Positions 9,499 through 20,091 of a DNA stretch of 64,000 nt are shown here, piece by piece. The stretch covers positions 1,860,001-1,924,000 of the forward strand of contig CAKKNE010000005.1 of the NCBI GenBank assembly GCA_918797485.1, written 5' to 3'. Under the pieces are notes generated by a model. It saw only the letters and a program-made list of their open reading frames with translations. It was not told the origin of the DNA and ran no database searches. The stretch comes from Pelagomonas calceolata. Its lineage: Eukaryota. The position numbers and the translations under genes were made by a program. How positions within the stretch are numbered: the stretch's first letter is position 1; each line of letters starts with the position of its first letter.

Positions 9499-11496
9499 AT
9501 GGGCGACAAGGTCGCTTTCCTCTACGCGCCGGTCGGCTGGCAGCGCCCCGACATGGGTCGCCAACTCTACGAGCGGGAGGCCGTCTTCCGGGAGGCGCTC
9601 GACGCGGCCGCGGCGGACCTCGGCGCGGCGGCGCCGGACCTGTTGGCGGCGCTCTACCCGAAGGCGAAAGGCGTCTACGACGGCGTCCTGGACGGGGCGC
9701 GCTACGCGCAGCCCGCGCTCTTCGCCGTGGAGGTGGCCCTCGACGCGCTGCTGCGGAGCCGCGGCGTGGCGCCCGACGCCGTGCTCGGCCACTCGCTCGG
9801 CGAGCTCGCGGCGGCCTGCTCCGGGAACGGCGAGGGCGCGAAGTGCGGGCCCCTCTCGCGCCGCGAGGCCGCCCGCATCGTCGCGATACGCGCGGCGCTG
9901 ATGGCGGAGCACGCGGTCGAGGGCGGCATGACGGCCGTGCGCGCGTCGGCGGAGGAGTGCGCGGCGGCGATCGAGGCGACCGCGGCGGAGTGCTGGGTCG
10001 CCGCCGTCAACGCCCCGCAGTCGACGGTGCTCGCCGGGCGCCGCCACGGCATCGCGGCCGTCGTCGCGCGCTTGGGGCGCGAGTCGACGCGCGTGCGCGC
10101 GACGCACCCCGACCACACGCCGCTCATGGACGGCATTGGCCGCGAGCTCGCACGCGCGGTCCGGCTCCCCGACGCCTTCCCGACGGCGCTGGAGGTCTAC
10201 TCCGGGGCGGCGGGCGGCCGCGTCGCCGCCAAGGCCCTGCGGACGGGCGCCTTCTGGCGGCGCCACGCGACGAGCCCCGTGCGCTTCACGGACGCCCTGA
10301 AGGCGCTCGCGGCGGGCGGCGTCCGCGCCTTCGTCGAGGTCGGCGAGGGCATGCTCTGCGGCCTCGGCAAGGAGACGCTCGCCCGCGGCGTCGACCAGGA
10401 AGCGACGTGGGCCGCCGCGCTGGCCCGGGGCGGCGACGACGGCAAGGCCGTCGCCGCGTGCGTCGCGGCGGCGGCGCCGCCGCCGGAGCTCGTCGCGTGC
10501 CGCGTGGAGTCCGACGGCCCGGAGCCGGCCGTGGCCCTCAAGTTCCCGCGCCGCGCGTCCCTCGCGCACCTGCGCGCCTTCGTGGAGAAGGTCTACGGGA
10601 AGAAAATAGATCTGGTCGCCCCGGCCACGGAGCCGGCGCTCCGCGCCGCCGTCGCGGCCGGCGCCGTCGACGTCCGCGTGGCGGCCACCAAGAAGCGCGG
10701 CGCGCGCGCGGCGGCGCCCCGCCCGCAGAAGAAGAGCCCCAAGCTCGCGTCCGCGGCGACGCCCTTCTTCGCGGCGCCCGCGGGCGAGCCCGTCCTCGGC
10801 GCCGCCGCGCGGGCCCTGCGCGACGCGCTGCCGCTCCCGTCCTCGCTCCCGGAGCTCGACTTCCCGGCGGACTCCATGGGCGGCCGCTGCCTCGACGCGT
10901 GGCGCTACCGGTGGGGCCAGCGCCTCGGGGACCTGTGGCTCTACGTGCCGCTCCCCGCCGGCACCGAGGCGAAGGACGTGCGCGTCGACGTCCACCGCGC
11001 GCGGCTGAGCGTCGAAATACGGGGCGTCGTCCTCCACGCCGGCGCGCTCTGGAACGCCGGGGAGACGCACGGCGTCGACGTCGACGCGGCGGCGTGGGTC
11101 GTCGTGCGCCACGGGTGCGACCGCTTCGAGCGCGACGCGACGCCGGTCCTGCAGGTCGAGCTGCACAAGAAGAAGTCCGCTTGGTGGAAGGCCGTCTGGG
11201 CCGGGCACCCGACGATCGAGCCCTGGGAGGTGCCGGGCTGGCGCGAGGCCACGCTCGGCGGCCACCGGTCCACGTGTGGCGGCCGTCTACACCCTCGACC
11301 CTGGGACTTGTTAAACGCGCGCGTCGCCGTTGCTGATGCCGTCGGCGAGCTCCTCCGCGGGAAAAAGAAGAGCGGTACCGTTACGACGTGTGTTTCTGTG
11401 CGCTGGGCCTACCTCTCGCGCGCGTCGGGCATGTGGATCGGCAGTTCACGGCGAAGCGCGTCGTGGCGCGCGGGCGGCCAGGCGGCGCCGACGTGA
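9499..11496 (+). CDS. PKS-type acyltransferase (AT) domain fused to a CS/p23 (NudC-like) domain; 3' end uncertain
   Basis: AQPALFAVE, GHSLGE, AAVNAP, PVRF, FVEVG; then YRWGQ..LYVPLP..KDVRV..LQVELHK..WWKAV. Confidence 0.8.
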   Translation: MGDKVAFLYAPVGWQRPDMGRQLYEREAVFREALDAAAADLGAAAPDLLAALYPKAKGVYDGVLDGARYAQPALFAVEVALDALLRSRGVAPDAVLGHSLGELAAACSGNGEGAKCGPLSRREAARIVAIRAALMAEHAVEGGMTAVRASAEECAAAIEATAAECWVAAVNAPQSTVLAGRRHGIAAVVARLGRESTRVRATHPDHTPLMDGIGRELARAVRLPDAFPTALEVYSGAAGGRVAAKALRTGAFWRRHATSPVRFTDALKALAAGGVRAFVEVGEGMLCGLGKETLARGVDQEATWAAALARGGDDGKAVAACVAAAAPPPELVACRVESDGPEPAVALKFPRRASLAHLRAFVEKVYGKKIDLVAPATEPALRAAVAAGAVDVRVAATKKRGARAAAPRPQKKSPKLASAATPFFAAPAGEPVLGAAARALRDALPLPSSLPELDFPADSMGGRCLDAWRYRWGQRLGDLWLYVPLPAGTEAKDVRVDVHRARLSVEIRGVVLHAGALWNAGETHGVDVDAAAWVVVRHGCDRFERDATPVLQVELHKKKSAWWKAVWAGHPTIEPWEVPGWREATLGGHRSTCGGRLHPRPWDLLNARVAVADAVGELLRGKKKSGTVTTCVSVRWAYLSRASGMWIGSSRRSASWRAGGQAAPT

Positions 11497-11590
11497 CGCG
11501 CCTCCCGTTTCGAGTTCCGGATCTTGGCGGTCCTGAATCTGACGGCGCCGTCGCCGTTGCCACCGCCGGAGACGGCCGTCGGCCCCCCCG

Positions 11591-12520
11591 TCACATTTCC
11601 ATGCATCGCGCTTCTGCTTCCAGCCGATGACCTTGAGCTCGCCCTTGACCAGGCGTGAGCCCCCCGGTTTGTGCTGGGGTCGCAGTTCGACAGTCGAACT
11701 TTGCGTAAAACCCGTTTTGGTTGGGGTTTTCCAATTCCAAGCAATGCTGACCGCAATAAGCAGCGAAGCGCGCGTGCAAGTGGGCCGAGGTGCCGCCCGC
11801 ATCGAGCCCAGCCTCCGCGGCGAGCTCGCGCAGCTGCGCCGCACTTAAAGTCTTGGCCTCGCGCATGTAGCGGTAGGCTGGGGCAGCTCCCCTCTGAGCT
11901 CCGTGAGCGCAGCGGCAGCCGTAGCGCGCCACTCGTCTACGGCAGCCGGCGTCGACATCTCCGCGTGGTAGCACACTAACCGACCCGCTGCTCTGCAGAC
12001 GTCGCAAAGGTCGTCAACTACCTTGGGCGTCGTCATCTGCCTGTTGGTCTGCGCGCAACAATAACACGGCCGCGCGTTCTCCGACGTCCCAGTCGCGAAG
12101 CCCTTCTTCGACACCGTCTGGAGGTTGGCCATGTCGCCCGAGCAGACGTAATCAACGTGAACGGCGCGGCCCTCTGCCTCTGACTGGTAGACACCATCGG
12201 TTTGCGCCGTCGCCGCTGTACTGAAGTGATCCGTCGCGTCGTCTAAAGCTTCGTACAGGGCGCGGTATCGTGGCGACCCCGAGCGCAACGAGCCGCCCGC
12301 TCTCTGGGCATGGCCGCTCCTGGCTTCAGTAGTCCGGCGACCCTGGAGGCGCCGGTACACGCACTGTTGCTTTCTTTTGAGCGTACCACCACAAATTCTA
12401 CTGAGAAGGTCCGACGGCCGGGCGACTCGCCTTCCTTTGTTTCTTTTTCAAATCGGGTCCGGCGTCCCCTGAACGCGTGTTTGCCATCCAACAGCGCAGC
12501 GCCTCTCACAGCGCCTTGAT
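11591..12520 (-). pseudogene. Frameshifted DDE transposase relic (RAG1/Transib/CMC-like core) with a SAP-like motif
   Basis: Fragments in three frames: ..SKESNS..VAGLL / YRALYEAL..VDYVCSGDMANL..G..PCYCC / LSAAQLRELAAEAGLDAGGTSAHLHARF; lower GC than the flanking genes. Confidence 0.45.
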
Positions 12521-12624
12521 CCGGAAGGCCGCGCGGCGCGCCGGCGGCTGCCCGCACGCGAGCCACGCACGACGCGACCGCCGCGGCGGCGCCCAGACGC
12601 ACGCTACCCGGCTCCTGCGGCGCC

Positions 12625-14202
12625 ATGGCGGCGACGGGCGGCGTGCGCGCGATGCAGTCGACGGTGACGGTCCACACGCAGCCCAGCATGGCCCGGCCGG
12701 GGTCGCCGGAGCAGTGGGGCTTCGGGGCCTCGCTGGCGTCGGTGCGGCCGGGGTCGCCGTACGAGCAGTGGGGGTCGCCGGAGCAGCCGGCCGCGGGCGA
12801 CTCGTTCGAGCAGTGGGGCTACTCGCTGGCGTCGGCGGCGCGGCGCCGGGCGCCGTCGCCGGGGCCGCGGCCGGCGTCGCCCGGCGCCTCGCCGGGGCGG
12901 CCGCGGTCGCCGGACCCCTGGGCGTACCTCCGGCCCGACTCGCCCCAGAACCTACGCATCGCGTCGGTCCAGGCGCGGGCCGCCGCCGAGGCCGCGCCGT
13001 CGCCGGCGAAGCCGTCCTTCGGCGCGGCGCCGCCCCCGCGGCGGCGGTCCTTCGCGGCGCCGTCGGCGGCGAAGACGACGACCGCCGAGCTCGCGGCCAA
13101 GTCCCAGTGCTTCGCGCGGCCGGACCTCAACCTGAAAAAGGTTTGCCAGGTCGTGCCGCGCGACGCCGCGGCGGAGCGCGAGGCGCGGCGCCTCGCGCAC
13201 CGGCGCGCGCGGCACGCCGAGGCGGTCGCGCGCGACGCCGACGCGTGCCGGGCCCGGGGCGGCGTCCTCGCGACGATGCTCAAGGCCTCCGACGAGGCGG
13301 CGCTCTCGCCGACCTACAAGACGGAACTCAGGCTGTTCCGGGGCGGCTTCGAGGAGGAGGGCGCCGCCGTCGCGGCGAAGCAAAACCGCCGGCGCGGCCT
13401 CGGGGCGAAGCTCCGGGCCGCCGGGCAGGCCGTCCTCGCGTCCGTGCTCATCGCGGACGACGCGCACCGGGCGGCGCGCCGGCGCGACCCGAGGCGGGAG
13501 GCCGCGGAGTTCATGGAGCGGCAGCGCGGCGGCGCGAAGAAGCTCGGGGCCGACGGCGACGCGGCCAAGGCGCAGCGCGCCGCGCGCGCCGCGGACGAGG
13601 CCGCGGCGCAGGCGTCGATGCGCCGCGGCGGCGACTGGCTCCGCCTCGAGGGCCTCCGCGCGCGCGAGAAGGCCGGCAAGCCGCTCGACGACGTCGACGC
13701 GAAGATGCTGCGCCGCCTCGAGGCCAAGCACGACGGCGCCGTCTTCGCCGCCGCGCGGCTGCGTGGAATTAAGGAGCGCGAGGCGGCCGAGGCCGCGCGC
13801 GCCCGGCGCCTGGCCTCGATGAAGCGCCGCGACGAGAAGATCCAGCTCCAGCGGAAGCTCGAGAAGCAGAAGCGGTGGAGCCGCGTGCGCCGCTTCTTCG
13901 GCGCGGGCAAGCGCGCGCCGCGGCGCGTGCCCCGCGGCGACGGCGACGAGTCGACGGTCGCGCCGACGGTCGCGTCGGCGAAGACGTTCGACGTGGCGCC
14001 CTCGAACGCCGCGACGGTCGCGTCGTCGAACTCCGGCGGCCACTCCGGCGGCCACTCCGGCGGCCACTCCGGCGACGCGACGGTCGCCTCGTCGCAAAAC
14101 CTGGGCGACCTCTCGCCGCTCACCGCTGCGCCGACCATCTCGTTCGACGCGTTCTTCGACGCCGACGGGGAATCGGTCCAGAGTCCCTTCAACCGGGGCT
14201 AA
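12625..14202 (+). CDS. Hypothetical protein (SP-rich N-terminus, basic coiled coil)
   Basis: 525-aa ORF with typical codon bias; a (GGHS)3 12-bp microrepeat near 14035-14070. Confidence 0.7.
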   Translation: MAATGGVRAMQSTVTVHTQPSMARPGSPEQWGFGASLASVRPGSPYEQWGSPEQPAAGDSFEQWGYSLASAARRRAPSPGPRPASPGASPGRPRSPDPWAYLRPDSPQNLRIASVQARAAAEAAPSPAKPSFGAAPPPRRRSFAAPSAAKTTTAELAAKSQCFARPDLNLKKVCQVVPRDAAAEREARRLAHRRARHAEAVARDADACRARGGVLATMLKASDEAALSPTYKTELRLFRGGFEEEGAAVAAKQNRRRGLGAKLRAAGQAVLASVLIADDAHRAARRRDPRREAAEFMERQRGGAKKLGADGDAAKAQRAARAADEAAAQASMRRGGDWLRLEGLRAREKAGKPLDDVDAKMLRRLEAKHDGAVFAAARLRGIKEREAAEAARARRLASMKRRDEKIQLQRKLEKQKRWSRVRRFFGAGKRAPRRVPRGDGDESTVAPTVASAKTFDVAPSNAATVASSNSGGHSGGHSGGHSGDATVASSQNLGDLSPLTAAPTISFDAFFDADGESVQSPFNRG

Positions 14203-14237
14203 GTTTGCATACAAGGGCCTTAGTACCGGGGAGGGGT

Positions 14238-17200
14238 TTAGGTAGCGCGCGCCTCGCGCCGGACGACGTCGGTGATGGCGCGGCGGCGCGTGCGCATCTG
14301 CGCGAGGCGGTCCTGGAGCGTCTTGGCCGTGGCGAGGTTTCCGGAGCCGCGGTCGCGCAGGCCGGCCAGGGACTGCTCGCACTGCGCGATGGTCGCGTCG
14401 ATGGTCTTGAGCGCGTCCGCGGCCGTCGACGCCGCGACCTGCTCGGCGAAGTTCGTGACGAGCGCGCAGCGCTTGCCGAAGCGGAGCGCCTGGAGCGTCT
14501 CGTCGGCGTGGTCGTGGCGCCGCCGGCAGCAGACGACGGCCGTCGTCCGCGACGCGCCGCCCAGCGCCGCGCGGAGAAGGCAGGAGAGTTTTGATTCCAG
14601 ATATGGGATGTGGCCCCGGCCCTCGACGAGCGCCGCGATGACCTTGCCGAGCACCATCAAACTCCCGTTGATGGCCACGGCCTCGCCGCACCGCGTCGCG
14701 TCCTTTATCGCGCCCGACTTGTAGATGCGCTCCGACCCCGCGAGATCGACGAGTTGGAGCGTTGACTCGAGGATCCGGTCGCCACGCGACTGGCGCACGC
14801 GTGCGACAACGACGGAGTGGGCCCTACTCGATCGCGCGTTCATCTGGGTAACGGCGAAGCGCTTCCGTACAGAACCAGCGCGCAGTAATCGCAACGCATC
14901 ATCGGGCGTCGCGACGCTCGCCTCGACCTGCGAGCAAATCAAAATTTAGGTGCAACTCATGTTGGTTGATTTCCACACTGCCCACGACGCAACCGATGAG
15001 TTCGCCGTTGTCCCGCCGCACATCGCAAGCCTCCCCGGTCAGAAGATCGACGCACTGCTCGTTGTAGATCTCCACATACTGGAGCGCCACGCTCACGTCG
15101 GCGTGCAGGAGGTCGCGGAGCGTGCGGATGACGAGTCCGTCTGTGGCGTCGTCGCTCGCCTCGAGTGCACCGGGAGGCCCGAAGGCCGTGTGCGTCTTGC
15201 CGCTGCCCGTCTGCCCGTAGCACAACACGCAGGCGTTCAGGCCGTTCAGGACCGCGGCGACGGCCGGCGCGCCGACGGACGCGTGGACCCGGGCCTGGTC
15301 CTCCTCCTCGAACACGCGCGAGAAGGGGAACGGCCGCACGCCGGCGCCCGGGACGTGGACGACGACGCGCGTCGGCTGCACGGCCAAGACCTTGGCGCCC
15401 GACGGCGCGCGCCGCGGCGCGTCGTCCGCTTCCGTCTCCGTCTCCGCCTCGATCTCCTTTACCTGCGCCTCGGCCTTCTCCAGGCCCTGGGTGAGCTGCG
15501 CGGCCGTGGCCTTCGGCGTGTCCTCCGCCGGCACGCGATCCCGCGCGTTCGCGGCGTCGTCGTCCTCTTCGTCCTGCTCCGCGAGGAGCTCGCGCCGCGA
15601 CGTACGCTTCTCGGCCTCCTCGGCGGCCGCGGCCGAGGCCGCGAGCCGCTCGGCCTCCAACACCGCGTCGAGCACGGTCGGGTCCAGGGTGTTCGACCCC
15701 GCCAGCCGCTGGACGACCTCCGAGCCCGCGACCCCGACGGCAGCCGGCGCCCCGCGCGTCTTGGAAAAGGCCTTGAGCTGCTCGCGAACGTCGCGAGCCG
15801 GTTCGAACGTCGTGGACGGGTCCAGCCGCGCGCCGTCGTAGGGGTCCGTGCCCCGCCGCCGCAGGTGCGCCTCCGCCCAGGCCCGGTCGACGACGACGCC
15901 CGACGGCAGGCGCACGGGCGACGTCATCTCGCGCCCCGTGACGGCGTCCAATAATTCCGGCGGCGCCGCCGCGGCGCCGACCAAGGGCCCCTGGTCCTCC
16001 GTCGCGTCCTTGCGCCGGTCGCGCTGGAGCTTCAGGTACTGGTGCAGCGGCAGCACGACGTCGTTGGACTTTGCGACGGCGACCTCGTCGCCCTCGTCCT
16101 CGGGCCGGAAGCGGACGCAGACCTCGATCTTGAAGTCGCGCTTCGTGCGACCCGCGTCGTGGTCCCACTTGAAACGCGCGGGCCAGAGCTGGTTGAAGAA
16201 GAGGCGCTTCCAGGCCATGGCCGCCGCCGTGGAGGCGTTGGCGGTCGACGCGCCGGGCGCGGGCGCGGGCTCGGCCGGCACGAAGAGGCCTCGTTCCCTT
16301 CCCAGGCCCGCGCAGGCCGCGTGCCAGACGGCCGGGGCCGCGTCGTCGGACTCGAGGACGGCGCGCGTCGTCGCGGAGAGCGCGTGCAGCGTGCCCACGT
16401 CCCGGAACCCGACGAAGGCCCCGAGCGACGCGACGGAGCCCGCGTCGCGGAGGACGTCGAGCAGCGACATGGCCTCCGATGGTGCGGGAAGCGTCGACGG
16501 CGCCGCGCGGCGCTCGTCCAGATCGGCCCAGCAGAGGAACGCCGCGTCCTCCTCGGGAACAGCGTCGACCTCGTCGGCGGCGAAGATCGACTTCTTCTTG
16601 TTCGCCGCCGCCGCGGCGCTGTAGGGGTCGTGCTTCCCGTAGACCTCGCGCAGCAGCGCCGCGTCGCAGCGGCCCGCGCACCACGGGTCCAGCGACCGCC
16701 AGAAGACGTTCGTGATGTCGTAGAACTGCGACGTGTAGCGGAAGGAGTCGTGGACTTCGACGCAGCCCCAGCGGTTCCGCGACCCGAGCGTCGACTCGGG
16801 CCCGGTCCCGAACTCCTCCCCGAGGAAGATCTCGACGTGGACGATGTTCATGCGCTGCTGCTTGTGCCGTCCGCTCCGGTAGGTCGCCTCGACGAACATG
16901 AGGTCGCCCGGCCGGAGGTCGCCGAAGGCGACGGCGTCGGGCAGCGTCGAGAACTGGTACGCCTGGTTCCAGTTCCCGAGGTCGAAGCCGAAGTCCGCCC
17001 GCAGGTCCTGGACGCACCGTCGGATCAAATTGCAGCAGTCCAGATACAAGGGCTTGCCGTACAACGGATCACCGGGCTTGTGGTAGCGCTCGGCGTAGGG
17101 CGTGCCGATGTAGTGCTTCGCGCGCTCGATGAACTTCCGGCGGAGCCGCTCGTTGTCTGCGGTCGGGTCCTTTGCCCGGCGCGCCGCGGCCCGTCGCGCC

Positions 17201-17454
17201 AGCACGGCCGCGGGCACGCGCTGCTTCGTGCGCCGGCGCTCCTTGCGGAAGCGCTTGAACGCGTCCTGGAGCGACTGCCCCTCCACCCCCGCCTTGCCGT
17301 CGGGGCGCCCGAACTGGAGCAGGCCGTCCTCGCTCGTCGTGGGCGCGCACGAGGGCATGTGGCGCGGCGGCGCCTTTTCCGCATCGTTTGTGGCCTTGGT
17401 CGGCGTCGTCGCCGCCGCGGGGGCAGCCATCCCGTTCACCTCGCCGAGGACCAT
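14238..17454 (-). CDS. Kinesin motor with an inserted U-box, preceded by F-box-like and NlpC/P60-like domains; intron 14928-14988
   Basis: IEVCVRFRP, FPFSRVF, CYGQTGSGKTHT, YVEIYNE, NARSSRAH, LVDLAGSER, HIPY.ESKL, ETLQALRFG; U-box PELLDAVTGREMTSPVRLPSG..VDR..TDPY; NlpC/P60-like AKHYIGTPY..LDCC..PGDL..HVEIF. Confidence 0.85.
14928..14980. mobile_element. Degenerate, internally deleted introner (61-nt intron 14988-14928)
   Basis: Minus strand GTCGTGGG-CAGTGTGGAAATCA...TGATTTGCTCGCAG-GTCGAGGC; TSD 6/8 identical; splicing restores GELIGC|VEASV in the kinesin. Confidence 0.8.
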
Positions 17455-17613
17455 CGTTTAGTGCCGTGTGTGTTGTGCTTCGTCGCGCTGCCACTTCCAA
17501 GTTCCAAACGACTTTGCCCCACAGAGCGCCGCCGGCTAGCGCGGCCACACGAGGACTCGGCGGCCCGGACACGGGTCGGCGAAGGATCTCGTTTGTGTGA
17601 TTACGGTTTCCAT

Positions 17614-17636
17614 CTAGCGGCCTGTAAGACACTAGC
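17614..17636 (+). promoter_or_regulatory. Reference copy of the recurrent upstream motif CTAGCGGCCTGTAAGACACTAGC
   Basis: Related copies at 347, 4483, 4512, 28597, 30502, 31195, 39921, 45285, 53712 and 63076, all intergenic. Confidence 0.6.
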
Positions 17637-17817
17637 AAGCCTTGGCTGGCAACTTGCCAGCAAGCGGCTGCAAGCCAGCAAAAACGTGCAAGGCCTCAAG
17701 TCGGTGCGCCCGGCCGTGCTGGTGCTGCGTCCTTGCCCCCGGTGCATGGTTTGTTATTGATCGACGACAGAGGCGTGCGACGAGTGCCGGCTATGATGCC
17801 TGTGAGACGGTGAGACG

Positions 17818-19014
17818 ATGAAGACAGCGGTCCTGGCCTGCGTCGTCGTCGCCGCGCGGGGCCTCGTGCCGCCGCGCGGCGCCGTGCTGCCGCGCGGCGC
17901 CGCCGTCGCGCGGCGCGCCGCCGCCGACGAGGGCGTCGTCTCGGCGCTCGGGCGGCTGCGCGAGGACCTCGAGGCGCTGGACGCGGACGCGGCGGCGCGG
18001 CCGCGCGTGTCGAGCGGCGAGGCCGCGGCGCTCGCGGCGAGCGTCTCGGCCGCGGCCGCCGCGCCGTTCCTCGAGAACCCGGCGCTCGCCGAGCTCGGCG
18101 TGCCGGCGGCGGCGCTCGTCGTGGCGGCCGTGGGCGTGGCCGCCGAGTACGGCGGCCGCGTCGCGACGGCGACGGCGAAGGAGGTCGCCGCCGTCGCGCT
18201 GCGCACGGCGTCCGAGGCCGAGGCGGCGCTCGCGGCCGCCGAGCGCGCCAAGTCCGCGTGCCCGCTCTGCGCCGGCCTCGCGGCGGCGGCGGCGGCCGTC
18301 GCGCTCGCCCTGCCCAGGGCGGCGCCGCCGCTCCTGCTGGGCGCGGCGCCCGTCGCCGGCGCGCTCTGCGCGGCGGTCGGCGCGCTCGCGCACGCGCGCG
18401 CGGCGGCGCGGGCCGCCGCCGCCGAGAATTTGGGAAGACGGCGCTTCGCCTCGTCGGCCGAGGTCGGCGCGACGTGGCGGTCGCAGACGGAGATGGTCTT
18501 CGCGCGCGACCTGTCCGAGCGGCGGCGCCACGCGACGGTCGCGCTCGCGCTGCTGCCCGCGCCGCTCGCGGCCCTCGTTCCCGGCAGCGGCCAGTTCCGC
18601 GCCGTCGCCGCGGCGTCGGCGAGCGCGGCGCAGGCGGCGTACCACGTCGCCGCGGCCGAGTGGGGCGTCGCGCACGCGGCCGACGCCGTCGCCGACAAGC
18701 AGCGCACGGCGGCCATCATCGACACCTACGCGAACCAGGCGGCGCGCGTCGGGGCATTACTGCCCTTCACGTCGGCGCTCGCGGGCCTCTGCGCGGCCGC
18801 GGCGGCGGTCGTCGTCGAGGTCGCGCCGGCGGCGGCGGTCCTCTTCCCGGCGGCGGGCGCCGTCTGCGCCGCGGCGGCGTCCGTGTCAAAAGCGTGCTGC
18901 GAGGCCGACGCGAGCGCCGCCGCCGCGGCGTCGCGCGGCCTCGTCGCGGCCAAGAAGCGGGGCGGGACCTTCGCGGGCGCGGCGCTGCGCGGCTTCTGGG
19001 CGGCCTTTAGTTAG
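17818..19014 (+). CDS. Hypothetical Ala-rich membrane protein with a signal/transit peptide
   Basis: MKTAVLACVVVAARG-L presequence; hydrophobic helices with an internal repeat (SACPLCAGL / LLPFTSALAGLC). Confidence 0.7.
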   Translation: MKTAVLACVVVAARGLVPPRGAVLPRGAAVARRAAADEGVVSALGRLREDLEALDADAAARPRVSSGEAAALAASVSAAAAAPFLENPALAELGVPAAALVVAAVGVAAEYGGRVATATAKEVAAVALRTASEAEAALAAAERAKSACPLCAGLAAAAAAVALALPRAAPPLLLGAAPVAGALCAAVGALAHARAAARAAAAENLGRRRFASSAEVGATWRSQTEMVFARDLSERRRHATVALALLPAPLAALVPGSGQFRAVAAASASAAQAAYHVAAAEWGVAHAADAVADKQRTAAIIDTYANQAARVGALLPFTSALAGLCAAAAAVVVEVAPAAAVLFPAAGAVCAAAASVSKACCEADASAAAAASRGLVAAKKRGGTFAGAALRGFWAAFS

Positions 19015-19053
19015 TAATGTTCATATTTTATTCTTGGAACCTTGGGCGCCCTC

Positions 19054-20091
19054 CTAGGCCACGACGCCGCGCAGGGAGAGGTCGGGCCCGCCGCCGCCGA
19101 CGGCCTTCTTGAGCGCCGACAGCTTCGAGGACGCGGCCGCGGCGAGGCGCCCCCTGATGGACGCCAGGGTGCGCTTCTTCTGCGAGTCCGACATCTTCCC
19201 GAGCTTGATGCCGTCGAGGAAGACGTGGAGGTAGCCGGAGCCGCAGTCGTACTCGTAGGACACGTCCCGCGCGTCCTCGGGCGACACGAGCTCGAACTTC
19301 ATGGCCAGGGACCGCGGGCCCCGGTCTTTCGCGCGGTCGTTGGTCAGCGCCTGGAGCGCGCCGCCGCGTTTCGCCGTGATCGTCACGAGGCGGTTGCGGT
19401 GCGCCACGCGCACGTCCGTCAGCGCCGGGAGGCGGATGGAGAGGCCGACGGCGTCGGCGACGTCCTCGACCTCGCAGTTCGCCATCGCCGCGGCCCAGCA
19501 TTTCGAGGCGTCGGCCGGCCTGGCCTCGCGCCGCTTCCGGTCCACGAAGGCCGCCCGCGCCAGCCGCTGCGCCATCTCCTTCGCGGCCCGCGCGCCCTTC
19601 GCGTCGGCCGCCTGCGCCGCGCGCGCCTCCTCGTCCCGGAGCCGCTCCTCGACGTACTCCGCGTAGGCCTCGTCCCGCAGGAGTTTCGCGAGCCGCCGCG
19701 CCTCCCTCTCGTCGTCCTCGCGCTGCTTCGCCTCGGCGCGCACCTCCTCGACCTCCTCGCGCTGCGCGAGCGCCGCGAGCTTCTCGTCGTTGTCGATGCA
19801 GCCCTTGCGCATGCCCCGCTCGAAGCGCTCCTTCCGCAGGAGCTGCCGACAAACCTTCTCGTCGGCCGCCTCGCGCTGCTTGTTGAGCCGATGCCGCACG
19901 AGGCGCCGCATCTGCTCGTCGCCGCGCTGCATGTCGCTCAGGAGCTCGTCGTCGAGCTGCGTGTACCGCGGCGCCTCGGGCTTCGCCTCGCCCGCCTCCT
20001 CCCGTAAGACGCGCTCGAGCCGCGACTCGACGTACTCGTCCTCGGACTCGGAGTCGGCGCACTTGGCCTCGGCGGCATCATCGAAGGGCAT
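19054..20091 (-). CDS. Hypothetical coiled-coil protein with a C-terminal beta-sandwich (HSP20/CS-like)
   Basis: ATG 20091 (MPFDD); E/R-rich helix, then LSIRLP..DVRV..LVTITA..YDCGSGYLHVFL. Confidence 0.65.
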   Translation of the reverse strand: MPFDDAAEAKCADSESEDEYVESRLERVLREEAGEAKPEAPRYTQLDDELLSDMQRGDEQMRRLVRHRLNKQREAADEKVCRQLLRKERFERGMRKGCIDNDEKLAALAQREEVEEVRAEAKQREDDEREARRLAKLLRDEAYAEYVEERLRDEEARAAQAADAKGARAAKEMAQRLARAAFVDRKRREARPADASKCWAAAMANCEVEDVADAVGLSIRLPALTDVRVAHRNRLVTITAKRGGALQALTNDRAKDRGPRSLAMKFELVSPEDARDVSYEYDCGSGYLHVFLDGIKLGKMSDSQKKRTLASIRGRLAAAASSKLSALKKAVGGGGPDLSLRGVVA

